The translations under genes and the position numbers were made by a program. A DNA stretch of 64,000 nt from a virus. This document shows, piece after piece, positions 10,292 through 19,688 of the stretch. Under the pieces are notes generated by a model. That model ran no database searches. It saw only the letters and a program-made list of their open reading frames with translations, and was not told where the DNA came from. How positions within the stretch are numbered: the first letter of the stretch is position 1; the number at the start of each line of letters is the position of its first letter. The stretch lies in IMG/VR virus record IMGVR_UViG_3300027798_006580, one strand, 5' to 3'.

Positions 10292-10926
10292 CAAACAAAT
10301 ATTCTGAAATAAAGTTGGCAATATGTATACCAGCCAGGGACCAGATGCACACTGCGACTAGCTTTTGCTTGTACAATCTTGCTAGTATATTAGCTGAATT
10401 AGAAATTGATAATAAACTTTTTATAAGTCCAGGAACTTTAATTGTAAATCAGCGTTACGAGTTAGTTAAGTCAGCACAAGAATGGGAAGCAACTCATGTT
10501 ATGTTTATTGACAGTGACATGGAATTTGAACCATATCATGTAATTAATTTATTAGATTTTGATGAGGACATTGTGGGTGCCGCTTATAGCAAACGTGTCG
10601 CTCCGTTTATCACAACAGCATGGACAGAAATCGACGCTTGGGATACGCATATACGATGCGATGAACAAACAGACAGTCACATCAAAGTGGCAGCAATGGG
10701 CCTAGGTTTTTGTTTAATCAAAACTCCAGTGTTTAAGAAAATTAAACAACCTTGGTTTGAAATAGGCTACTATGACGGTCACTACACAGGTGAAGACATT
10801 GAGTTTTTTAGAAAATGTATCAGCACGGATATTTGGCTTGATGTACAAACAACCTGCGAGTTAGGCCATCTTGGTACTAAGAGTTATAAAGTCGACGACG
10901 GTATTGAAGTAGACCTTGAAACTTGA
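10288..10926 (+). CDS. GT-A fold (GT2-like) glycosyltransferase
   Basis: AICIPAR start, THVMFIDSD DxD motif, GLGFCLI, GEDIEFF, LGH. Confidence 0.75.
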   Translation: MTNKYSEIKLAICIPARDQMHTATSFCLYNLASILAELEIDNKLFISPGTLIVNQRYELVKSAQEWEATHVMFIDSDMEFEPYHVINLLDFDEDIVGAAYSKRVAPFITTAWTEIDAWDTHIRCDEQTDSHIKVAAMGLGFCLIKTPVFKKIKQPWFEIGYYDGHYTGEDIEFFRKCISTDIWLDVQTTCELGHLGTKSYKVDDGIEVDLET

Positions 10927-11263
10927 CCAGCCACTTGTTAAGTCTAATCAGATTATAATCTGCGGCCACAGTAACATCATCTTCCACAGATTTCTGAATT
11001 TCTAAATCTTTCTTAATAAGATCGATTAGAGAGTACAAAGTATTATCTGCCATTAAAGTTATTATTAGCGGGTGCTCGACTAATTCCATGTTAAGAAGAT
11101 GCACAGTCTGCAAGTACCAACGTTCTGCGTAACTGACTTCCTGTTTGAACAAACTGTTCAACAAAGGATTGTCTAATCGACGATCCCAACAATGATATAA
11201 ATCAACGCTTTTAAATCGTTGTAGTTTTATCTTTTTCGGGAATGGAATTATCTCTGCTGACAT
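10877..11263 (-). CDS. Hypothetical protein
   Basis: ORF with likely ATG at 11263 (MSAEIIPFPK), last gene of the minus-strand operon. Confidence 0.6.
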   Translation of the reverse strand: MSAEIIPFPKKIKLQRFKSVDLYHCWDRRLDNPLLNSLFKQEVSYAERWYLQTVHLLNMELVEHPLIITLMADNTLYSLIDLIKKDLEIQKSVEDDVTVAADYNLIRLNKWLVKFQGLLQYRRRLYNS

Positions 11264-11711
11264 TCTTCTTATCAATCCAACTATAGAAGTTTTTAAATTT
11301 TTTAATTAGTCTGCTAGAACTAATCATTTGTCTTGCTTTTGGATGCAACGGGCTGGGTAAACTGTCTATGCTAGTCCATGCATAACCAGCATTCTCCCAA
11401 TTAAGCTCGGGTATAAATTCTTTGTTAACTAACACTACAAAGGTATCATAGACAAAATCTTTACTTCGACTTTGATATCTGTGCAAAGGTATTATTTTTT
11501 TTATTTTAGTTAGATGAAGTTCTTCTTGTAACTCTCTGCGTAGTCCGTTGATTTCTGATTCCTCGGCTTCAACTTTACCGCCGGCAAACGTCCACGTGTT
11601 AGGATAGCTTTCTTGGGGACTGCGTAACACTGTCATAACTCTGCCTGAGTCTTCGCTGACTATAATAGCCCCAACACCTCTAAACTGTTTCAAAGATAAA
11701 TTCTCCACCAT
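11211..11711 (-). CDS. Nudix hydrolase
   Basis: Nudix box GGKVEAEESEINGLRRELQEEL. Confidence 0.85.
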   Translation of the reverse strand: MVENLSLKQFRGVGAIIVSEDSGRVMTVLRSPQESYPNTWTFAGGKVEAEESEINGLRRELQEELHLTKIKKIIPLHRYQSRSKDFVYDTFVVLVNKEFIPELNWENAGYAWTSIDSLPSPLHPKARQMISSSRLIKKFKNFYSWIDKKNVSRDNSIPEKDKTTTI

Positions 11712-13045
11712 CCGTTTTGATATGTGCCTTCGAACACACTAATCCACTGACCTGATCGCCACTCGTACAATATTCCAGTAGTTGTATTTAATACAATGGC
11801 ACCAGTATTAGCAGATGAATTAAAACTTACAATCCAGTTACTGCCGTTGTATTGTATAATGTCATTGGCCTTGGCATCTGTTACACCCCAGAAATTATTA
11901 TTAGGCACATCTTCTAATACTAGATAACGTTGCCCGGTTGCTGCCGCAGGCAAATTTCTTCCAGGAGCAACACGACTAGGATTAATGATTGCATTGATAG
12001 CCGCTAAACTAGCACTGGGCAAACTATCTTGATCAACATCTATCACAGCGACATTGGGATTATCTGCGTCTATTTCTGCCACAGTGGCAACAATGTCGTT
12101 GTTGGGGTCACTGGGATCACTGCCTCGTCGTAGACGCAGATTACTAATACCTAATCTTAAATCACCAAAAGGTGTTAATAACGTTTCCCATGCTAGTAAG
12201 TTACCGTCCTCGTCAGTGAGACCACCTGCTTTGTTTAACAGCGTAGCACGATCGCCTTCTATTCTGACCTGCAATTTTAAATTTTCAAATGTAACCACTA
12301 CCCATTGTTTGTTTGGTATAGGATCATCTTCAATCCAATCCAATGGATCTTCTTCTTTTAATTTTTTAATTTCGTTTAATATTGTATGAATAAGAGTTTG
12401 ACGTTTAACTTTAGCAGGAGGATTAATTAATATAGGAATGTTAAAATTTAATGCCGCAACATCGATGATGTCATCTGTGCCCTGAGGAACTTGACGCACA
12501 CTCCATATAACGTTTACTAATTCAGTGTAGGTTAAGTTACTCCAGTCAAAAGGATTGCTGTTGGATTTTAGGTTAATACTGGGATTGAATAATACCAGTA
12601 ATTGTTCTATTAATTGTAGCTTTTGATCTGTGTTACTAGTCCATATATCTACTTGTACTGTTAAGTCGTAGGGCACGGGCATATAGCGTTCTACTGTATA
12701 CGTATTGCCCACTTCGCCTTCGATGTAATCTCCAGTTGTGGGATCAACTTTCTTTTCATAGACCTGCACTTTACTAACGTGTGTGGGATTACTTCTACGT
12801 TCTGCGCTGATTTGTAGATCAGTGACATAACAACTGATAAACGGTACTGTGTTAATCATGTTCTCACTTTGATTTTTTAAAACGTGAGCAGCCATACGAT
12901 TGATGTCGCCGTAGCGCACAGGCACTTGAATATAACTTTCGTTGCCGTTTCTGTCCTTGCCAGTTTTAACTGAAAATCCTCCTAGTATACGCATAAACTG
13001 CGTTAGGTATTTTCTAATTTGTTCATCATAAAAATATTGTTGCAT
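11690..13045 (-). CDS. Tail terminator/sheath stabiliser (T4 gp15-like) with C-terminal extension
   Basis: YFYDEQIRKY, VPVRYG, PVPYDL.....IW.....KLQLIEQ....FNPS motifs; next to neck genes. Confidence 0.7.
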   Translation of the reverse strand: MQQYFYDEQIRKYLTQFMRILGGFSVKTGKDRNGNESYIQVPVRYGDINRMAAHVLKNQSENMINTVPFISCYVTDLQISAERRSNPTHVSKVQVYEKKVDPTTGDYIEGEVGNTYTVERYMPVPYDLTVQVDIWTSNTDQKLQLIEQLLVLFNPSINLKSNSNPFDWSNLTYTELVNVIWSVRQVPQGTDDIIDVAALNFNIPILINPPAKVKRQTLIHTILNEIKKLKEEDPLDWIEDDPIPNKQWVVVTFENLKLQVRIEGDRATLLNKAGGLTDEDGNLLAWETLLTPFGDLRLGISNLRLRRGSDPSDPNNDIVATVAEIDADNPNVAVIDVDQDSLPSASLAAINAIINPSRVAPGRNLPAAATGQRYLVLEDVPNNNFWGVTDAKANDIIQYNGSNWIVSFNSSANTGAIVLNTTTGILYEWRSGQWISVFEGTYQNGWWRIYL

Positions 13046-13047
13046 AA

Positions 13048-14094
13048 TTAAAAATCTGATTTAGGTAATACTACTTGACTCAATGCTTGACGTTCTGGGA
13101 ATTCTTGATTACCAACAACCGTGGTAGCAGTATTATTGATAAAGCCAGCGGCATTAAGAACTTTGTCTCTTAGGTCAACTGGTCCATTGTCAGTTTGCAT
13201 ACGTTGCCAACGTGTTCCACGATAAGCAAACAATGCCGCGGGCCTGTAGTCTGTGCGTAAAAAGAAATCTCCCTGCTTTGGAGTTAAAGGGAAACTTAGA
13301 CCCGAGTCCAATGCTTCTCCGTGATTGTAAGTTGGATCAGCATCTGCTTGATAAGGCTTGGTTGTGTTTTGTAATATATTACTGCCATCATCTAAGATAG
13401 TGGGCGCAAGCTGTTCACCCCGAGCAATAATAGCTTTGGATATTTCCAGTTCTTTTTGATACGTGCTCAATGCATCTTTTAATGTGTCGACTCCATTGTC
13501 GGCAGGCTGTGATAAAATATCTTTGTATTCTTGAGCATCAGTCATAGGACTGGCCTTGATACGCCAAATGTGAGGATACCAAGTCTGACTAAAACCTTCT
13601 GCGGCACGACTAGCATCTTGAATAACGTAAAACTTATTGATAGCAGGTCTAGTTTCATCCAATAACAAATCATCGCGAATATGCGGTAGTTCTAGTACGT
13701 CTCCTGCCATGAGTTTGCGGCCCATACGGTCGATCATGTCATTGGTATGAAAGGTAATATAGATAGTATCAGCACTTAGGAACAATCCAAATTGTGTTAA
13801 GTCAAAGTCTTGATCACCTACGTTATAAACTCCACGAAGTTCGTAGATATCAGGATCATAAATTCTATCACGAGTTTCTAAAAACAACAAGTCTTGTATC
13901 TTAGTTTCGTTTAATATATCATCAGCTCTATAGTTAGGCTTGGTTGGATCATTGCTGGCACCCTGATCAGCTGGTTGTAAATATTTGTGGATCAACACGC
14001 CAGTACCGCCTACCAAAAATTGTTCTCGGATAAGTCTATCCATGAAATGGTAGTCGTTAGTTTTCTCAGGTTTCCACAGGCTTAGTCTTGGCAT
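13048..14094 (-). CDS. Head closure/neck protein (T4 gp14-like)
   Basis: LTQFGLFL.ADTIYITFH...GDVLELPH pattern; TAAATA late promoter; synteny. Confidence 0.55.
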   Translation of the reverse strand: MPRLSLWKPEKTNDYHFMDRLIREQFLVGGTGVLIHKYLQPADQGASNDPTKPNYRADDILNETKIQDLLFLETRDRIYDPDIYELRGVYNVGDQDFDLTQFGLFLSADTIYITFHTNDMIDRMGRKLMAGDVLELPHIRDDLLLDETRPAINKFYVIQDASRAAEGFSQTWYPHIWRIKASPMTDAQEYKDILSQPADNGVDTLKDALSTYQKELEISKAIIARGEQLAPTILDDGSNILQNTTKPYQADADPTYNHGEALDSGLSFPLTPKQGDFFLRTDYRPAALFAYRGTRWQRMQTDNGPVDLRDKVLNAAGFINNTATTVVGNQEFPERQALSQVVLPKSDF

Positions 14095-14149
14095 AGTAAT
14101 ACTATTTACCTATAACTTTTAATTGGCTATACGGAGAAAATTCTGGTTT

Positions 14150-14180
14150 AATTGACACAAATTGAAGTCTATAGTATAAT
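14150..14180 (+). promoter_or_regulatory. Early sigma70-type promoter
   Basis: TTGACA 14152-57, 17 bp, TATAAT 14175-80; AATTGACACAAATTG context. Confidence 0.8.
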
Positions 14181-14201
14181 ACACTATACACACAAATTGG
14201 A

Positions 14202-14642
14202 GTGGTTATGATGGAATATGATGTGGACGCCGACAGTCCAAAAATTAAAAAGTTTTTGGATACGTTGATGCCGTCATTTATTAAACAGCTGGGACTGGTT
14301 AACAGCAAACGAGCGGTTCTAGTAAAAGTCACCAAAGACTTGGAAGATGATTTTCAAGGTGCTACAATGAACATAGAAATAGCAGACTGCATGATGATCC
14401 TGCTTAAACCACCAAAACGTCTTACTCCATTTACAATGATGGAAATGGCCAGTACTTTAGCACACGAAATGGTGCATGTTAAACAGTTGGCCAAAGGACA
14501 AATGAGATTCCTCCCAAATGAAGCTAGAATTTGGAAAGGTAAACGCTACAGCAAAAAAACAAAGTATTTGGACATGCCTTGGGAAATTGACGCTTTCTCA
14601 AAACAGGAACTTCTGTTACGTAGGGCAATTGACACAAAATAG
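14202..14642 (+). CDS. HExxH zinc metalloprotease-like protein
   Basis: LAHEMVHVKQ...PWEIDA motif; start possibly ATG 14208. Confidence 0.65.
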   Translation: MVMMEYDVDADSPKIKKFLDTLMPSFIKQLGLVNSKRAVLVKVTKDLEDDFQGATMNIEIADCMMILLKPPKRLTPFTMMEMASTLAHEMVHVKQLAKGQMRFLPNEARIWKGKRYSKKTKYLDMPWEIDAFSKQELLLRRAIDTK

Positions 14643-14657
14643 AAGTTAGTGTATAAT
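14627..14657 (+). promoter_or_regulatory. Early sigma70-type promoter
   Basis: TTGACA 14629-34, 17 bp, TATAAT 14652-57. Confidence 0.8.
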
Positions 14658-14679
14658 TACATTTTTACTAGGAGCAAGT

Positions 14680-15876
14680 ATGGCCACCAAAAAAGCAGTT
14701 AAACAAACAAGCACAGATAAATTGGCATGGCGCTTTGAGCCTCCAGCCAAAACAATCGTTTACCGAGAAGTAGATGTCAAGTATGTTGGCGAGGAGCCCA
14801 CTTACCCCAGCATAGAAGAACAACAAGACTGGACCGATAGTGAGTACAAGACACAGGTCATGCGTACACTTAATTGGTATGCCCACACACAAGACAAAAA
14901 GAAAAGTGCAGAATGGCTAAGCCTATTCCTTGCACGAAATCCACGTCGCCAAAAAGTAGCAGACGCAGTTAAACGCGGCGACATTTGGCCCGGTACCACA
15001 GTTGGCTTTGCGCTAAGAGCAGGTCGTGTTGGATTAGCACTACGATTTGGCACACTACGCACATTGGTCAAACAACTTAAACAAGCAGACAAAGGAGTTG
15101 ATACTTCTTCCCAAGTTGCAGAAGTTGCAGTAGATGACAAGCCAAAGTTTAACATACAAGAACGCATGGCAGAAAAGACGTCAGAGTTCTTGGGAGAACT
15201 AGAAGGTCGCTTTGATGACTTTATTGCAGAGTTCAAAGGCGAACCCAAACTAGTGGAGTTGATGACACAAATGAATGTGCCAGCAGTACAGGTTAAAACT
15301 GTAACAGAGTTTATCAGCAAAAAGATCTCAGAATTTGAAGAAGTTAACAACAGCAAAGATGCACAAGTATTAGAAGCATACAAGCATTTGGGCAAGCGCC
15401 AGATTACTTCCATGGTTAAATGGTGGGCACAGGCATTGTCAGATGCCAACAGTTACAATGTAGTTAAGAAAGCCAGCAAAGCTCCACGTAAAAAGAAAGC
15501 AGTACTGCCGGAAAAGGTAGTGGCTAAATTGAAATACGCAAAAGAATTTAAAGAACTGGCTCTTAAAAGTGCGGACCCAACTACAATTCTTACAGCACAG
15601 GAACTTTGGGTGTACAATACTAAGACACGCAAGTTGGGCATCTACATTGTAGACCAATATGCAGGTGCATTAACAGTTAAGAACAGTTCTATCCTAGGCT
15701 TTGATGCTACAGCAAGTGTGCAGAAAACTCTGCGTAAGCCAAAAGAACAACTTAAAGAGTTTGGTGCCAATGGTAAGCCTGCCGCTAAGAAATGGTTTAA
15801 AGGAATTAAGAGCACAGAGATCAAACTTAACGGACGAATAAGCACAGATGTAATCTTGTTAAAAGTTTATAAATGA
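14680..15876 (+). CDS. Hypothetical protein (398 aa, basic C-terminus)
   Basis: Long ORF, AGGAG RBS, own promoter. Confidence 0.75.
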   Translation: MATKKAVKQTSTDKLAWRFEPPAKTIVYREVDVKYVGEEPTYPSIEEQQDWTDSEYKTQVMRTLNWYAHTQDKKKSAEWLSLFLARNPRRQKVADAVKRGDIWPGTTVGFALRAGRVGLALRFGTLRTLVKQLKQADKGVDTSSQVAEVAVDDKPKFNIQERMAEKTSEFLGELEGRFDDFIAEFKGEPKLVELMTQMNVPAVQVKTVTEFISKKISEFEEVNNSKDAQVLEAYKHLGKRQITSMVKWWAQALSDANSYNVVKKASKAPRKKKAVLPEKVVAKLKYAKEFKELALKSADPTTILTAQELWVYNTKTRKLGIYIVDQYAGALTVKNSSILGFDATASVQKTLRKPKEQLKEFGANGKPAAKKWFKGIKSTEIKLNGRISTDVILLKVYK

Positions 15877-16049
15877 AATATTTAATTTTAATTTTAACAC
15901 TGGCATTAACTGCCTGCGGTGGCGGAGGAAGTGTGGCAACTCAGGCAAATCCTTTTCAGGAAGCACTGGGGAAGTCATTGCCTACTCAACCAGCAACACC
16001 TGCACCAACTGATCCCTTTGCACCTCTACTAAAAAAGAACGGCGGTTAA
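15873..16049 (+). CDS. Small lipoprotein (58 aa, not in ORF track)
   Basis: MKYLILILTLALTA-CGGGG lipobox; ATGA overlap with the upstream stop. Confidence 0.7.
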   Translation: MKYLILILTLALTACGGGGSVATQANPFQEALGKSLPTQPATPAPTDPFAPLLKKNGG

Positions 16050-16050
16050 T

Positions 16051-17439
16051 ATGAAATATATTAATGAATTATTTTTATCGTTGCTGGCATTTTTCTCTCC
16101 TATAGTTTATGCCACAGACACATATAATCATGTAAACAATCAACTAACTATTCCAGCGGTGTTGGTGGGAGAAATAATTTACCGTGATGTTGTTATCACA
16201 GTTGGTCCTATCTTAACTGTAGGCGGCTCTAATTTAGATTCTAAGTATCCTGCAAAACCTGGCAATACAATGGATTCTTATGACCCGTATAAAAATCAAC
16301 TTACGATTCCCAATGTAAGTGCTTATGGGTTTGTTTATTATGATGTTGTAATTAATGTCGGAACTGTACTATCAGTTAAATCCAGCGAACCTAAAAATAA
16401 AGATATTGCTTGTACAGAGCAGTCTTCACTTAATTCTTTAAATGCTGAACCGGTATATAATTTCTCAGGCTTGACAAGCAACTGGTACAACTCTAAAAGT
16501 GTGTTCGGTGCAGACTCTAGTCAAAATTTTGTAATTGCATTTTCCAATTTTTCGTCAGTTGCAAAAGAAAAAAATGATGCGGCTTTAAAATCGACGCTGG
16601 TGTCAAATCTTCATCGCTGGGCGGCAGCAGATGCATTTAAAGGCAGTAAACTATGTTGGAATCCTAGGACAGGGTGGGATTCCACATGCACTCAATGGAT
16701 AGACCCGCAGGGTAATGATTTAAGCGCCATTCAAGATAATAACTTTATAATGGAGATGGTGGAATCTATTAGGCCTTCATATAGCCTTATATCAGATTGG
16801 GCTAAAAAAAATGAGCCAACTAAACATTCCAAAATTATGAGTTGGTTGGATTTTTGGGACGTAAACACACCAGACCCGGACGATGTATTTTTTGGTCTGG
16901 GTATGGGAAGATACCATTGGGAAATAAGGCGTATTACTGACAAATCAGGCGTTGCCGCAACTACACTTCTGGTTCGTAAATTAATGCAAGGTATTTTGCC
17001 GCTGGTCAATGAGGACGGTTCTATCAAAGATAGAACAACTCGTGGAAATAGGGCTATGTGGTATCATTTTACTTCCCTCAATGAAATCATGACATCTATG
17101 TATTTGGCTAAATTGGCGGGCGTTGCAATAGATCCAGTACTGGAAAATAGATTACATAAAGCAGTAGAGATTTTTATTAATACGTTAGACGACCCATCAC
17201 ATATTGTTAAATGGGCAAAAGTTGGACACAATAACGGCGGCGACGGCACTGCACAAAACTTTAATTTTACAAACTGGTATGATGGTGCTTATGCCGGATC
17301 GTGGATCTATTTGTATGTAAATTGGTATCCTTCTAACAATAATACAGCAAGATTGTCGCAAAAGGTTCCGTTGAACTCTGCAAAATCAGCAAGTCAAGAT
17401 AGACAATTTGGTATACCTTTGGGTTGTTTACTTTTTTAA
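16051..17439 (+). CDS. Secreted polysaccharide lyase-like protein (alginate lyase family)
   Basis: Signal peptide (..VYA); duplicated N-terminal NQLTIP..V..Y.DVVI.VG module; DGS...RGNRAMWYHFTSL motif typical of PL5/PL17-type toroid lyases. Confidence 0.6.
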   Translation: MKYINELFLSLLAFFSPIVYATDTYNHVNNQLTIPAVLVGEIIYRDVVITVGPILTVGGSNLDSKYPAKPGNTMDSYDPYKNQLTIPNVSAYGFVYYDVVINVGTVLSVKSSEPKNKDIACTEQSSLNSLNAEPVYNFSGLTSNWYNSKSVFGADSSQNFVIAFSNFSSVAKEKNDAALKSTLVSNLHRWAAADAFKGSKLCWNPRTGWDSTCTQWIDPQGNDLSAIQDNNFIMEMVESIRPSYSLISDWAKKNEPTKHSKIMSWLDFWDVNTPDPDDVFFGLGMGRYHWEIRRITDKSGVAATTLLVRKLMQGILPLVNEDGSIKDRTTRGNRAMWYHFTSLNEIMTSMYLAKLAGVAIDPVLENRLHKAVEIFINTLDDPSHIVKWAKVGHNNGGDGTAQNFNFTNWYDGAYAGSWIYLYVNWYPSNNNTARLSQKVPLNSAKSASQDRQFGIPLGCLLF

Positions 17440-17450
17440 ATAATAAAACC

Positions 17451-17486
17451 AAAATCTCCCGCTAAATATACATAACGGGAGATTTT
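17451..17486 (+). promoter_or_regulatory. Late promoter inside an RBS-occluding hairpin
   Basis: 11-bp perfect stem AAAATCTCCCG/CGGGAGATTTT with CTAAATA in the loop and the GGGAG RBS in the 3' arm. Confidence 0.7.
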
Positions 17487-17489
17487 CTT

Positions 17490-18236
17490 ATGAGCGTCAA
17501 AGACGAATTAATTAAAGAGATAGAATTACGCCTAGGTGGCGGCATGGTGGACGTAGAATTGGATTCTGCTCACTACGACTTGGCTATCTCAAAAGCACTA
17601 CGCAAATATCGTCAACGCGGTAGTAGAGCGGTTATCGAGAAGTTCCTTAAATTAAACATTATAAAAGAACAGCAAGAATATCAACTGCCGCAACAAGTAG
17701 TCAATGTTCGTGATGTATTTTTGCGAAACACAGGCTCCATGGGCATCAGTAGTACTGGTGTTGACTTTGAGCCATTCAACACAATGTATTTGAGTAACAT
17801 GTTATTGCAGAGTAACACTAACTTCTCGGGTGTATTAAACTACGAACTATATGCGGATCGAAGGGAACTTTTAGCACGTATGTTCGGAGCATACTGTACC
17901 TTTACATTTAATCCTGGAGATCGCATATTATCCATACATCGTAAGTTTAGAGCAGACGACGAAGTGTATCTTTGGACGTTTGTTGAAAAAGCTGATGACG
18001 AGTTATTAAATGACGTATATTGTGGTCCTTGGATCAAAGACTATGCCATGGCACAGGCCAAGTTTATACTAGGTGAAGCACGTAGTAAGTTTAGTACTAT
18101 TGCAGGCCCACAAGGCGGCACGAGTTTAAATGGCGATAACTTAAAATCAGAAGCAGCCACTGACATGGAAAAGTTAGAAGAAGACTTGAAACTATATGCA
18201 GACGGTAGCGACCCATTGGGATTTATAATTGGATAA
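17490..18236 (+). CDS. Neck protein (T4 gp13-like)
   Basis: LRLGGGMVDVEL start; WIKDYAMA..K..LG....KF....GP.GG.SLNG; ends PLGFIIG. Confidence 0.8.
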   Translation: MSVKDELIKEIELRLGGGMVDVELDSAHYDLAISKALRKYRQRGSRAVIEKFLKLNIIKEQQEYQLPQQVVNVRDVFLRNTGSMGISSTGVDFEPFNTMYLSNMLLQSNTNFSGVLNYELYADRRELLARMFGAYCTFTFNPGDRILSIHRKFRADDEVYLWTFVEKADDELLNDVYCGPWIKDYAMAQAKFILGEARSKFSTIAGPQGGTSLNGDNLKSEAATDMEKLEEDLKLYADGSDPLGFIIG

Positions 18237-18247
18237 GGAATAAAATT

Positions 18248-18694
18248 ATGAGAGTAGATGAAATTTTAACGGAAGAACAATTAAACGAACTTAATTGGCG
18301 TAAGGGTTTGGCCACAGCCGCATTAGGTGCTGCCGCCCTTGGTAGTATGGGCAATGCCAGTGCTAGAGTCATGCCCGGAGATGATCCAAGCATTAATAGA
18401 TTAACTGGCAAACCAAACACAGAACTATCTGTACAATCTGATCGTCCTTCACAGCCCGGCGCAGAAATGCCAAATCAAAATCTTCAAGCAGTCGATCAAG
18501 TTGATCGAACAGATGCTGGTATTACAATTACTCAAGGTGGAAAGACCTATGAAGTTAAAGTAATGTCAAAAGGTGGTCCAACACCACGTGGCGGAAAAAT
18601 GATGAAAGTACATCAAGCGCAAGTGGGAGAACGCGGTATAGGAAATTATGTTGTATATTTAATGCCCAATGGTGCGGCATATCTTTACAAATGA
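18248..18694 (+). CDS. Cassette A: putative virion-packaged protein with internal Sec signal
   Basis: MRVDEILTEEQLNE leader followed by WRKGLATAALGAAALGSMGNASA. Confidence 0.65.
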   Translation: MRVDEILTEEQLNELNWRKGLATAALGAAALGSMGNASARVMPGDDPSINRLTGKPNTELSVQSDRPSQPGAEMPNQNLQAVDQVDRTDAGITITQGGKTYEVKVMSKGGPTPRGGKMMKVHQAQVGERGIGNYVVYLMPNGAAYLYK

Positions 18695-18752
18695 ACGAAG
18701 TAGATAAACTACGTAAACTTGCAGTCGTTGACCCACATTTATAATTGGATAA
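18691..18752 (+). repeat. Chimeric junction 1 (5' end of 21590 gene + 3' end of neck gene)
   Basis: ATGAACGAAGTAGATAAACTACGTAAACTTGC matches 21590-21621; GACCCA and ATTTATAATTGGATAA match the neck gene end (last 16 nt identical to 18221-18236). Confidence 0.85.
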
Positions 18753-18770
18753 AAAAATAATAAATTAAAT

Positions 18771-19688
18771 ATGACACAGCCTTTGCAACTAAATTTAATT
18801 GGGTTAACTTTAGCTCCTGCACAATGTGTATATGATATCGTATTAGAAACTACAGTAAACAATATAGTTTTAAAAGTTATAAATGAAAAATTATTAAATT
18901 CAGATACATTGATATCTGATTATATCACTGCATATCGGCAATGGATAACTAATAGCAGTATTAATAAAATAAATGGACTTGAAAAATTTACTACAGCGGC
19001 ATATTCTAACGGAACATCTGAAGCATTTGACAAGTTTTATTTAAAGCATAGTACGAGAAAATTTCGATGTTTTAGAGGAGAATATCTATATCATAGATTA
19101 TCATGGGAAACAAGATTTGAATGGTCATACTTAGACGCCGCCGAGTTATCTAGTAACGATGCAGTAGTAGTAAGTTTACCTTTTGCAGACACTGGCAATC
19201 AACATCATTTATATAACAGGGAATTTTTAGACAAATGTTATTCTTTAAATATACCAGTTCTGCTTGATTGTGCTTTTTTTGGTATATGCGGTAATTATGA
19301 TTTTGATTTTACTCATCCAGCAATTACTGACATTTGTTTTAGTCTCAGTAAGAGTTTTCCAGTTAACAACTTTAGAATAGGCATTAGATTCACTAAAGTG
19401 AATGATGGTGATAGTTTATTAGTATATCATAATGCAGGATATATCAATAAATTAAGTGCGGCTATTGGATTAGAATTATTAAAAATACAAAATGCAGATT
19501 ATGTGTTTAATAGATACAGAAATCAACAATTAGAATGGTGTAAACAATACGACTTAGAAGCAAGCTCTACAGTTATTTTCGGACTAGATAAAAAAGAATT
19601 ATACAGTAAATATAATAGAGGAATGAAAGGTAATAATAGAATTTGTTTTGCTAAACATTTTAATAATAAACCATTACCTAAGATATGA
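18771..19688 (+). CDS. Cassette B: PLP-dependent fold-type I enzyme
   Basis: NGTSEAF, GEYLYH, VVSLPF, LLDCAF (PLP Asp), FSLSKSF (Schiff-base Lys), RIG. Confidence 0.7.
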   Translation: MTQPLQLNLIGLTLAPAQCVYDIVLETTVNNIVLKVINEKLLNSDTLISDYITAYRQWITNSSINKINGLEKFTTAAYSNGTSEAFDKFYLKHSTRKFRCFRGEYLYHRLSWETRFEWSYLDAAELSSNDAVVVSLPFADTGNQHHLYNREFLDKCYSLNIPVLLDCAFFGICGNYDFDFTHPAITDICFSLSKSFPVNNFRIGIRFTKVNDGDSLLVYHNAGYINKLSAAIGLELLKIQNADYVFNRYRNQQLEWCKQYDLEASSTVIFGLDKKELYSKYNRGMKGNNRICFAKHFNNKPLPKI

